Of a stretch of 46,131 nucleotides of DNA, positions 1-8,767 are shown in pieces. Source of the DNA: Promethearchaeota archaeon (GTDB taxonomy: Archaea > Asgardarchaeota > Lokiarchaeia > Sigyniarchaeales > SOKP01); assembly GCA_019058365.1 (NCBI GenBank), contig JAHPZE010000032.1, positions 1-46,131 on the forward strand, written 5' to 3'. How positions within the stretch are numbered: the first letter of the stretch is position 1; every line of letters starts with the position of its first letter. Both the position numbers and the translations under genes were made by a program. The notes below the pieces were generated by a model. That model saw only the letters and a list, made by a program, of their open reading frames with translations. It was not told the origin of the DNA and searched no databases.

Positions 1-118
1 TATAAAAAGTCAATGTTCAATAGGATTTAGAGATCTACTTCCTTTGGTACTGTTCCATTTTTATTTATTCTTTTTATGTAGATAATTAATAAATAAAAAA
101 AAATAATTTGTTATGGTA

Positions 119-1417
119 CTACTTTCGATAGACTCCATACTTATGAACAGCGTCAGTCATAGCTTGCACATTTTCGTGCCTAGCTTCATTTGGGATACCA
201 GAAACACCACCATCAACGAGATAACCTCCCCCTTCCATACATCCTTCAATACATTTCTTTACATATTCATCAACGGCTTTGGGGGGACCTCCTATCAAAA
301 GAGAAGCGGGAACATTACCTCTTATGCATACGTAGTCTCCCATCATCTCCTTAACTTTGATAATGTCTGTATCATGAAACCAGTATACGAGTTTTCCTTT
401 GTGTTTTTTCGCGAACTCCTCTAAAAATTCCAAACGATCGTTATATCTCCCTTCGAAAAATGGCATTGGAGTTATTCCTTTGGCGATTATACCCTCCATG
501 GTTTTGGTAAGTCCAGGCCAATAAAACTCCGCAAATTGATCGTTATTCATGAATCCGTCAGCACCTCGATTTAAGGGCACAAAAGATAGTGAAACTGTAT
601 TATCATCTGATGCTCCAGGCATACCGCTTAACGCATCTAGAGAATCCAATTGGGCTTTCGCTAGCAGATCACATACTTTTTTTAATTCCTCGGGATTTCT
701 ATACATGTCTAACATAATTCCGCGCATGCCTCTTAAATAAGCTGAAACCATATCAAATGGTGCTACTGCGGTAATACCCCTTCCAGCAATGGGATTCCCC
801 TTTTTTTTCATCGCATTATTATATTTTCTCGTGCCAAGAAATGTTCCTATCATTTTTAGTAGCGACTTTTTCAAAGTTTTAATCATTTTTTTTACATCTT
901 TATTCATAAAAAACATAATAGCTCCCATTCCTGAAAAATTAGTAGCGAGTAAAGTGGCAGGGGGAAATGATTGGAAAGCTCCTAAGGTTGCATTGTGGCG
1001 CGGTACGATGTTGCGAGTTAAATAACCAGTTAAATCTCCTATTAAATATTCATATTCTTCAGCAGCCATCCATTCTTTTTCTATGATCTGAAATGGTTGA
1101 TTATCTCCTAAGCGAAATTCTGGATCAGCAGCTCCAGCCCATTTCATAGTTCTATTTCCAACAAGATCAAAAATTCCTCCCATACCAGCAGATAAAATAT
1201 AAGGGTAAAGATCCCAATCATAGCGGCTAAAAACTTTTAGAGATGCCTTACCTACCTTTCTACCCTTATACATAACGTCTTTATGTGTCATTCCCTCTTG
1301 GAGTGCTGCGAAAAATACATCTGCGAAAGGAGTTATTGGAACACGGTCTGGTTCTTTTAATGCTATAGCGTCCTTAACCCTTTGGATCCTCTCTTCATAC
1401 TTTTCTTTTGGTTTCAT
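119..1417 (-). CDS. UroD/MtaA-fold corrinoid-dependent methyltransferase (O-demethylase MT1-like)
   Basis: N-terminal EPDRVP; FDMVSAYLRGMRGIMLDMYRNPE; FMNNDQFAEFYWP; CIRGNVP; GGGYLV...NVQAM at the C-terminus. Lies 6 nt downstream of a corrinoid protein gene. Confidence 0.85.
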   Translation of the reverse strand: MKPKEKYEERIQRVKDAIALKEPDRVPITPFADVFFAALQEGMTHKDVMYKGRKVGKASLKVFSRYDWDLYPYILSAGMGGIFDLVGNRTMKWAGAADPEFRLGDNQPFQIIEKEWMAAEEYEYLIGDLTGYLTRNIVPRHNATLGAFQSFPPATLLATNFSGMGAIMFFMNKDVKKMIKTLKKSLLKMIGTFLGTRKYNNAMKKKGNPIAGRGITAVAPFDMVSAYLRGMRGIMLDMYRNPEELKKVCDLLAKAQLDSLDALSGMPGASDDNTVSLSFVPLNRGADGFMNNDQFAEFYWPGLTKTMEGIIAKGITPMPFFEGRYNDRLEFLEEFAKKHKGKLVYWFHDTDIIKVKEMMGDYVCIRGNVPASLLIGGPPKAVDEYVKKCIEGCMEGGGYLVDGGVSGIPNEARHENVQAMTDAVHKYGVYRK

Positions 1418-1423
1418 TTTTAT

Positions 1424-2053
1424 TTAAACCTCGATCCATTTAGTTGCTAAATTCACAGCATCAACAGCATTTTGTCCATATGCATCAGCACCGACATATT
1501 TAACAATTCTTTCATCAACAGTACCTCCTCCGATCATTATTTTTACACTATCTCTTAATCCTGCATCTTTTAGCTCATCAATGATTTCTTTCATCGAATC
1601 AAATGCAAGAGTTAAAAACCCACTCAAGGCTAATACTTTAGGTTTGAATTCCTTCAAGCTTTCTATAAATCTATCTGCGGGAACATCGATTCCCAAATCT
1701 AACACATCAAATCCATTAGCATCCAACATAAATTTAACAACATCTTTTCCAATATCGTGAATATCACCAGCTACTGTGCCTAATAACACTTTTCCTTTTT
1801 TTTTTTGGGAGTTTTGGGCTTCTTTTAATTTTGGACCTAATTCCTCAAAAACTTGGCGTAGGATTTCGCCAGACATGATAAGTTCGGGAATAAAATATTC
1901 TTTTTTACTGAATCTATCTCCGATGACTTTCATGGCTTTCTTGACATCATCCATTATTTCTAGTGGATCATCATTATTTTGAAGTCTTCCTTTTAATAAT
2001 TCTATAACTCTATTTTCATTAAGCTCAATAATTTCATCAATAAAATTTGACAT
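1424..2053 (-). CDS. Cobalamin (B12)-binding corrinoid protein, MtaC/MtvC-like
   Basis: GDIHDIGK B12 motif, LSG, GGG...GADAY, N-terminal cap (FIPELIMSGE). SD-like AGGTGA upstream on the - strand. Confidence 0.95.
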   Translation of the reverse strand: MSNFIDEIIELNENRVIELLKGRLQNNDDPLEIMDDVKKAMKVIGDRFSKKEYFIPELIMSGEILRQVFEELGPKLKEAQNSQKKKGKVLLGTVAGDIHDIGKDVVKFMLDANGFDVLDLGIDVPADRFIESLKEFKPKVLALSGFLTLAFDSMKEIIDELKDAGLRDSVKIMIGGGTVDERIVKYVGADAYGQNAVDAVNLATKWIEV

Positions 2054-2079
2054 AATATCACCTATTAATTGTGGTTGAC

Positions 2080-2160
2080 TTTGACAAGAAAAATTCTTGT
2101 CAAACTATGTATCAGAAGAAAAGTTAAGCAAGTATTTAATACTTGTCATACTATGTAACA
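2080..2160. promoter_or_regulatory. Divergent promoter with palindromes and a direct repeat (candidate RHH operator array)
   Basis: TTTGACAAGAA-aaa-TTCTTGTCAAA (2080-2104); CAAGTATT-t-AATACTTG (2129-2145); direct repeat TTGTCAAACTATGTATCA (2097-2114) vs TTGTCATACTATGTAACA (2143-2160). Confidence 0.6.
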
Positions 2161-2182
2161 CAAAATTCACCTAAATCAAATA

Positions 2183-2752
2183 ATGAAAGATAAAGAAGAA
2201 TTAAAGAAAAAACGTATTATGGGATTACGATTAAGTGAAAAACTTTATGAACTACTAGTACAAAAATCTGAGGAATTTAAAATGTCAAAAAGCGAGGTAT
2301 TAAGACTTTCATTTGAATTCTTCAAAACCAACACGGAATTGGTGAAAGATTATAACAGGGTAATTATACCTGCAACGTTACTTAATTCATTATTTGAAAT
2401 GGCGTCAATTGAAAAATTGGAAGAGATTGCTTTCATTAATGCAAAAATGATTGTAAATTATGGTAGGGTTATGTGCTTTGAAACTGGTCTAAAGTTTAAT
2501 ATAGAAAATTTTTTGAAATATGCAAGAAAGATGTTGTCCCGTAACAATCTTGGATTTTTTACCAAATTAAATTTTCGGATGGATAGTAATAAAAAAGTAC
2601 ATCTAATTGGATTGCACGATATTAATGAAAATTTCTCTCATTATTTGATATATTTTTTCAAGTACGTGATGAAAGCTTTTAGTTATAGTACTATAGAAGA
2701 GTCCTTCACTATTGGAGAAAAATTTATTGAGATTAAATTTAGACAGGTTTAA
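2183..2752 (+). CDS. Ribbon-helix-helix (CopG-like) transcriptional regulator with C-terminal putative ligand-binding domain
   Basis: N-terminal RIMGLRLSEKLYELL...MSKSEVLR beta-alpha-alpha pattern; divergent from the corrinoid/methyltransferase pair. Confidence 0.7.
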   Translation: MKDKEELKKKRIMGLRLSEKLYELLVQKSEEFKMSKSEVLRLSFEFFKTNTELVKDYNRVIIPATLLNSLFEMASIEKLEEIAFINAKMIVNYGRVMCFETGLKFNIENFLKYARKMLSRNNLGFFTKLNFRMDSNKKVHLIGLHDINENFSHYLIYFFKYVMKAFSYSTIEESFTIGEKFIEIKFRQV

Positions 2753-2795
2753 CGTTGTTTAATTTTGAATACTTTTTTCTTCCGAGTATTTTAAA

Positions 2796-3548
2796 TTAGT
2801 TTTTTCTGAAATAACAGATTAATCCTCCAAATTGTTTTACAGCTGTTCCCGCTTCAGATTCCTCTTTCACAATTTTTGTTTTAATCTCAAGATTTTCTGC
2901 GATTTGTAAGATTCGCTGTATTTTATTTCTATTTTTTGGATTCTTTTGATATTCTTCAGTTAGAATAATATAATTTGGTTTAGGTAAATTAGAATTTTTT
3001 TTAATCACTCTCATTTCATTTTCGATTTCTCTCCAAGTATAAAGGATTTTCGAGAATTTTTCATTTTTGTTAATAATTTCTTTCAATTCTTCTAAAATTA
3101 ACAATCCTTCTTGATTTGAAGTTTCATCAACGATATCTCTAAAATATTCTTGAGTTTTTAGGTAATAGACATCCTTTTGAGTTTTCGCTTGATTAGCTAT
3201 GATTTTAGAAAAAACAACCTGTCTATCTCCTTTCTTTAATAGCCATGAATGATGTTTATTAACGTGATTAAGAAACTCATCTGAATATTCATCTTTCGGT
3301 GGGGAGAGTAGTATTACGCTTCTGATACCTTCTTTAATTATAGGTCTTAAAGTATTAATGATTTCCTCATGAAAATGATACAATTGCTTTTTATTTTGAC
3401 TTTTTCTCTTCCTTCCACGTTTTATCCTTTTGCGAAACTTAATATTTTCACTATATATTTTCCAAAAAACAGCATCATTATCATGGAGACCAATAAGTAT
3501 GGCTATTTGATGACCACGTTTTACATGCTTTTTTCTTTTTTTGACCAT
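2796..3548 (-). CDS. Pelota/aeRF1-related protein (M and C domains only)
   Basis: C-terminal ESEAGTAVKQFGGLICYFR resembles the pelota/eRF1 domain-3 end. IAILIGLHDNDAVFW...FHEEI...VILLSP resembles domain 2. No GGQ and no N domain. Confidence 0.6.
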   Translation of the reverse strand: MVKKRKKHVKRGHQIAILIGLHDNDAVFWKIYSENIKFRKRIKRGRKRKSQNKKQLYHFHEEIINTLRPIIKEGIRSVILLSPPKDEYSDEFLNHVNKHHSWLLKKGDRQVVFSKIIANQAKTQKDVYYLKTQEYFRDIVDETSNQEGLLILEELKEIINKNEKFSKILYTWREIENEMRVIKKNSNLPKPNYIILTEEYQKNPKNRNKIQRILQIAENLEIKTKIVKEESEAGTAVKQFGGLICYFRKN

Positions 3549-3583
3549 GATAGAATATAAAAATTAGAAAGATAAAAAGAAAT

Positions 3584-4918
3584 TTAGAGATTTTTCTTAA
3601 TAAAATCATCAAGAACTTCTTCTATAGTTGGACTTCCAATTGACTCGATATCATATGAAACTTTTACAATTGGTTTGTTAGTTTTGATTAATTTCGTTAG
3701 ATCTATTGGGCTTCCATTTAATATAATATCTGCTTTTACATTGTTAAGAGTTTTTTCTAAATCTTCTATTTGTTGGTCAGTGTAACCCATAGCAGGTACA
3801 ATTTGTGTAATGTGAGGGAAATCTTCGAATATTTCTTTCATAGAACCCACTAAAGCTTTTCTAGGATCTACAATCTTTGCTTCAGCATTCTTAGCAGCAA
3901 CATATGCTGCTCCAATAGACATCCCTCCATGAGTTAAAGTAGGACCATCCTCTACGACTACAACCTTCTTTCCCTTAAGTTTTAATGGATCTTCTGCTTT
4001 AACCACTGAATTTGTATAAATTTTTACTGCTTTTGGATTTAATTCATTAAGGTTTTTTTCCACGATTTTAACGTCTTCTGGTTTCGCACTGTTCATTTTA
4101 TTTATTACGAAAACATCTGCATACCTAGCATTCACTTCTCCAGGATAGTATTTATTCTCATGTCCAGGTCTTAAAGGATCTACCACAACAAAAAGTAAAT
4201 CTGTAATATAGAAAGAAATTTCATTATTTCCTCCATCAAAAATTATTACATCTGCTTCCTTCTCAGCTTCTCTAATAATTTTCTCGTAATCGACTCCAGA
4301 ATAAATCACCAAGCCTTGTCTAATATAAGGTTCATACTCTTCCCGTTCTTCAATAGTGCAATCATATTTATCTAGATCTTCATATTTCTCAAATCTCATG
4401 ACATTTTGTTGGACCAAATCACCATAGGGCATTGGTTCACGAATTGCTACAACTTTATATCCCTTACTCTGTAAATACCGATATGTAGCTCGAGAAACCT
4501 GACTTTTACCACATCCAGTTCTTACTGCACAGATTGCAACTACGGGTTTATTAGATTTAAGTTGAGTAAATCTACCAGAAATTAATCGATAATCAGCACC
4601 TGCTGCAAGAGCTCTTGAGGCTTTATGCATTACTTCTTCATGAGAAACGTCCGAATAAGCAAAAACCACTTCATCAACATTATGTTCTCTAATTAAATCT
4701 TCTAATAAATCTTCAGATACCATTGGAATTCCACGGGGATATAATTTTCCTGCCAACTCAGCGGGAAATTTCCTTTCAGTTTCATCAGTAGTGCCTACAT
4801 TTTGTTCTCCAGCAATAGTGAATGCTATTACATCATATTCTTCATTGTCTCTAAATACTGTGTTAAAGACGTGAAAATCATAACCTAATGCTCCAATGAT
4901 AATAACTTTTTTTCTCAT
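3584..4918 (-). CDS. COG2403 P-loop enzyme (arginine synthetase ArcE / cyclic 2,3-diphosphoglycerate synthetase-like)
   Basis: AVRTGCGKSQ P-loop, PMPYGDL, TIEEREEYEP, DGGNN, YYPGE, VVEDGPTLTHGGM, PAMGY. Confidence 0.85.
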   Translation of the reverse strand: MRKKVIIIGALGYDFHVFNTVFRDNEEYDVIAFTIAGEQNVGTTDETERKFPAELAGKLYPRGIPMVSEDLLEDLIREHNVDEVVFAYSDVSHEEVMHKASRALAAGADYRLISGRFTQLKSNKPVVAICAVRTGCGKSQVSRATYRYLQSKGYKVVAIREPMPYGDLVQQNVMRFEKYEDLDKYDCTIEEREEYEPYIRQGLVIYSGVDYEKIIREAEKEADVIIFDGGNNEISFYITDLLFVVVDPLRPGHENKYYPGEVNARYADVFVINKMNSAKPEDVKIVEKNLNELNPKAVKIYTNSVVKAEDPLKLKGKKVVVVEDGPTLTHGGMSIGAAYVAAKNAEAKIVDPRKALVGSMKEIFEDFPHITQIVPAMGYTDQQIEDLEKTLNNVKADIILNGSPIDLTKLIKTNKPIVKVSYDIESIGSPTIEEVLDDFIKKNL

Positions 4919-5060
4919 ATAAAGAGACCTTCAAATAACAATCTTTAATTGTTCATCATAATTAATTTGAGGGTAATTATTAAGATTATTAATTCTATGA
5001 GGGGAACGATAACCCACCCTCTATATGTAACTTTTTCGAAGAAAATGAAAATAAATAGTC

Positions 5061-5149
5061 CACAAGAAGGAAAAAAAAGTAAGGATTAAGAAATGCTGAA
5101 AATGATATCATTCATTTTCTTTTAAAATTTTATTGTGGGGTTCTATCGC
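5061..5149 (-). pseudogene. 3'-end remnant of a paralog of the 11065-13428 gene (degenerate repeat of 11017-11106)
   Basis: Encodes AIEPHNKILKENE* vs AIETLNKILKEKE*. The downstream non-coding part (cacaagaaggaaaaaaaa...aaatgctgaaaa) also matches. Confidence 0.8.
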
Positions 5150-5232
5150 TTAAATTACTTTCTGCATTAATTGATGCCTTTCAATACTTATAGTTTTCCC
5201 CGCACCCATTTATCTAAGAAGGAAATAAAAAG

Positions 5233-6045
5233 TTAATTCTTGTTTACATAATCCAGAAAAGCTTTTACGACCATGTGAAATTTGGGATCTGCAACAACAG
5301 TAATATGGTCTTTTCCTTCTATTTGGAAATGACAAGAACCTGGTACTAATTGAGCTCCTGTGGATTTACTTCTTTTAATAATATCGTCATCAGATCCAAA
5401 AACTGTCATGACTGGTATATTGACTTTTTTAAGAGCTTCTTTCCTTTTAGGATCAGTTGGGAGTATGCCATCCGGACGTTGAATATCCCCCTCTAATACA
5501 TAAACTAAAGCTTCAAGATCTTGTAAGTGAGAATCAGCATAATCTGAAATTACTTTTCGGAATCTTAAAGCAGCTTTATTTTTAATATCATCAAGATTTG
5601 CTTTTTTCAGACCCTTTATCAATTTTTTCATCATTACTTTAGCAATGAATTTTGTACTTTTTTTGGGATAATAGAGTGGGAATCCTCCAATAATAGCACT
5701 TATAAAGCGTTCTTGCTTTTGAAGTAAAATATCTGTAGTTATTCTTGCCCCCATAGAATACCCGAAAAAATTAGCCTTCTTAATAGATAAATGATCAAGT
5801 AATTTAACGATATCTTCATTTATCTTTTCTCCATATTGAGCAGCATCTTTAGGTTTATCACTTTTCCCGTGCCCACGACAATCTACAAGTATCAATTTAT
5901 AATCATCCTTGAGAACATCTACCCAATTAGTAGCTTTCCAATTAGCTTCGATATTTGCAGCAAACCCATGAATCATTATCACAGGTGGCCCTTCTCCTTC
6001 AATTTCATAATAAATTTTAACTCCTTCATTATCAAAAATTGGCAT
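5233..6045 (-). CDS. Alpha/beta hydrolase
   Basis: IHGF oxyanion motif, DCRGHGKS, GYSMG nucleophile, GSDD acid, GKDH His. Confidence 0.92.
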   Translation of the reverse strand: MPIFDNEGVKIYYEIEGEGPPVIMIHGFAANIEANWKATNWVDVLKDDYKLILVDCRGHGKSDKPKDAAQYGEKINEDIVKLLDHLSIKKANFFGYSMGARITTDILLQKQERFISAIIGGFPLYYPKKSTKFIAKVMMKKLIKGLKKANLDDIKNKAALRFRKVISDYADSHLQDLEALVYVLEGDIQRPDGILPTDPKRKEALKKVNIPVMTVFGSDDDIIKRSKSTGAQLVPGSCHFQIEGKDHITVVADPKFHMVVKAFLDYVNKN

Positions 6046-6381
6046 TGTTATTAATCCTCACAAATTTTTTGATTAAACATTTATATTATTTTTATTTTCA
6101 TGTCCTATTCTATGTATTACTATATTTAAAAGATTTTAGCTTCAATTTATATAACTTAGTTAGGCATACATTTAAGAATCATTTTTTTTCCTCATCAAGT
6201 TACCAATTTGTTGAGATAACCCTAGCTCATTTCTTGCTCCATAAATTAATTAAACAAAACAATATCCAAATCCTCTATAAGAATTATTGAGGATTGGAGA
6301 AATCAAACAAAATATTAATATATAAAAAAAAAGATATTATTAATCAAATTAACAAAAGAAAATGTTTATAGGAGTAGTTTC

Positions 6382-7578
6382 ATGCCAAATTTAATAATTA
6401 CCATACTGAAAGCTTTAATTAAAGGCAAATTTGGTATCGGTAAGCTTAGTGGGCTAGAGCGCTATATGCTAGCCCAATTTAGTCTCCCAGACCGAATACC
6501 AACAATGTTGGCAGCCACAAATATCGAACCATTTATGTTGGACCCAAGATATAACTGGAAATTAACAGTAGAAAGGATTGAAGCAAATCTTGAGTTAGCT
6601 GACCTGGTTTGTAAACGTTTTGATTGTGATATGATTATGGTGCCAATATGGCAAGGTCTGATGATAATGGGCGTATCTGAATTGGGTACAGAATTCAAAA
6701 TCTCCGAAGAACGGGTACCTTACTCAGTTGGCTATCCAATTCAGAGTAAAGAAGATATACAAAAGATTAAACTTCCAGAGGAAGCTACAGGCCATCTCAA
6801 AATGTATTTTGATACGCTTTTGGAGGTACAAGAACGCCATCCTGAGTTGATTCTACCAATAACTCTAGATGGTCCTTGGGATCTGGCAATGTTGCTGAGA
6901 GGAGATGATAAACTCCCCTTAGACATGCGTCTTCACAAGGATTATGTTGAAACGGATGATCCAATTAAGAAAGAAAAAATTAGAAAACGGGGGGATCCGG
7001 ATATGTATCCTGCAATTATGGAGTTGACCACCCAGGTAGCGATCCGGATGTATGACCTGGCATCTAAATACGGAGTATCACTCCTCGGTGCATCATTGAC
7101 GGATCAATATGCAGCCAGCCCGATTATGGGACGTGAGGATTATGTTAAATATGTATTGCCCTATATAGAAAGAGTCTGGCGGCATCAAAAGAAGAAACTA
7201 ATGATTGTGTATCCTTGCAATTCTCCTATGGTAATGCGGAAAATCCTCGAGACCGAACCAGCTGGTCTCAATCATCAGATTATGTGGTCAAACTATATTT
7301 TCCCGACCACACCTGAAGGTATCTCTTTACCAGAGTATGACCACCCAGCATTTGAGCTTGCCAAAGAGTACAAGAAGAATTTTATATATATGATTCATGG
7401 TAAGTTCCTGAGAGATGCCATCGAAAAGGAAATCGAAGCCCTAGTTAAGCGGGTATGCACATTGGCTACAAAAATGCGAACGTCTCTTACAATTGCGCTT
7501 ACCGCTGTACCGCCAGGGACGGATTTGGAAAAACTAAACTACTTATTCAAGAGGGTACAAGAATATGGAAAATACTAA
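6382..7578 (+). CDS. UroD/MtaA-fold methyltransferase, divergent
   Basis: PDRIP; GPWDLAMLLRG; Y.KYVLPY; VPPGTDLEKL...EYGKY. Overlaps the corrinoid gene by 14 nt. Confidence 0.8.
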   Translation: MPNLIITILKALIKGKFGIGKLSGLERYMLAQFSLPDRIPTMLAATNIEPFMLDPRYNWKLTVERIEANLELADLVCKRFDCDMIMVPIWQGLMIMGVSELGTEFKISEERVPYSVGYPIQSKEDIQKIKLPEEATGHLKMYFDTLLEVQERHPELILPITLDGPWDLAMLLRGDDKLPLDMRLHKDYVETDDPIKKEKIRKRGDPDMYPAIMELTTQVAIRMYDLASKYGVSLLGASLTDQYAASPIMGREDYVKYVLPYIERVWRHQKKKLMIVYPCNSPMVMRKILETEPAGLNHQIMWSNYIFPTTPEGISLPEYDHPAFELAKEYKKNFIYMIHGKFLRDAIEKEIEALVKRVCTLATKMRTSLTIALTAVPPGTDLEKLNYLFKRVQEYGKY

Positions 7579-8206
7579 TATATTTATTTCAATTACTGAA
7601 GCCGTTCGTGATGGAGATTCATATGATATTGCAGAACTGGTTCAATCCAGTCTGGATTCTGGTAATGATCCTTACAAGGTATTCAACGCTATGATCGTTG
7701 GGCTTGAAAAATGTGGAAAGTTATTCGAGGAGAGGGAGTTCTTCCTCCCCGATTTGATAATGGCAGGTGAAGCGTTTACTACAGGTATGGAAGTAGTGGA
7801 ACCGCATCTGGCACAAACCTCAATAGGGCAAGCTGGCAAGGTACTTTTAGGCACAGTTGCTGGTGATGTGCATGATATCGGTAAAAATCTAGTTGGTTTT
7901 CTACTGAAAAGTGCTGGATTCCAAGTCATCGACATTGGGACGGATAACGACACTGATAAATTTACACGGGCGGTTAAAGAACATCAACCTGATGTCTTAG
8001 GCATGTCCGCCTTACTGACCACCACCATGTTGGGGATGGAAGATGTCATTAAAACCATGGATAAAGGTGGGTTACGTAAGAAAACCAAGGTAATAATTGG
8101 TGGTGGGCCGGTTTCAAAACGCTTTGCCAAAGAGATTGGTGCCGATGCTTATGCCTCTGATGCCGTGGAAGGGGTTAAGAAAATCAAGGAACTAATTGGG
8201 CGCTGA
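7565..8206 (+). CDS. Cobalamin-binding corrinoid protein
   Basis: GDVHDIGKNLV, GMSALLTTT, IIGGGP, IGADAY. Confidence 0.95.
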   Translation: MENTNIFISITEAVRDGDSYDIAELVQSSLDSGNDPYKVFNAMIVGLEKCGKLFEEREFFLPDLIMAGEAFTTGMEVVEPHLAQTSIGQAGKVLLGTVAGDVHDIGKNLVGFLLKSAGFQVIDIGTDNDTDKFTRAVKEHQPDVLGMSALLTTTMLGMEDVIKTMDKGGLRKKTKVIIGGGPVSKRFAKEIGADAYASDAVEGVKKIKELIGR

Positions 8207-8249
8207 ATTTATTTCTTACAATATCACTGTAAATATGCAGGAAATATAA

Positions 8250-8609
8250 ATGCAAATCAGTATTCAAGTAAATGGCAATACAACGGTTTTTGAGCTTAAT
8301 AACAGCCAATCTGCCAAAGAACTCTATGAACAGTTACCTTTAACGATTGACGTTGAAAACTACAGCAACAATGAAAAAATCTTTTATCCCCCTAAAAAAC
8401 TTAATACAACCGGTACACCTTTGGCATATGCTCAATCTGGAACGCTTGCATATTATGCGCCATGGGGAAACGTGGTAATGTTTTATGATGATTTTGGTTC
8501 TGCAAGTGGTTTATATGAGTTGGGGAATGTCATATCGGTTGGTGAGCATATCAAAAATATGTCAGGTAGGATACAGATCAAGAAAATGGCTTCGAACGTG
8601 AAAGAATAA
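8250..8609 (+). CDS. Cyclophilin-like fold protein (Cyclophil_like2 type)
   Basis: LPLTI..Y..NEK, GTLAYYAPWGNVVMFY, GLYELG signature. Confidence 0.85.
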   Translation: MQISIQVNGNTTVFELNNSQSAKELYEQLPLTIDVENYSNNEKIFYPPKKLNTTGTPLAYAQSGTLAYYAPWGNVVMFYDDFGSASGLYELGNVISVGEHIKNMSGRIQIKKMASNVKE

Positions 8610-8705
8610 ATTCCATAAAACCTAATATGGTCTGTATAGATTAGGAGGTATTAAAATCGCATCATAATTAAAAAGTAATTTAAAAGACAATATATTAGCA
8701 AAATA

Positions 8706-8760
8706 TAGTGATGTGAAAATCACTAGAATTATTTTAGTGATAATTATTTTTATTAGGAGG
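8706..8760 (+). promoter_or_regulatory. Triple half-site operator candidate plus AGGAGG RBS
   Basis: TAGTGAT (8706-12), ATCACTA (8719-25), TAGTGAT (8735-41); AGGAGG at 8755-8760, 7 nt before the ATG. Confidence 0.5.
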
Positions 8761-8767
8761 AAATATT

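Noticed and set aside
6039-6290. AT-rich ORFs at 6039-6290, 9325-9582, 13366-13635, 14567-14767 and 19805-20084
   Set aside because: F/I/L/Y/K-biased translations of intergenic or antisense DNA.
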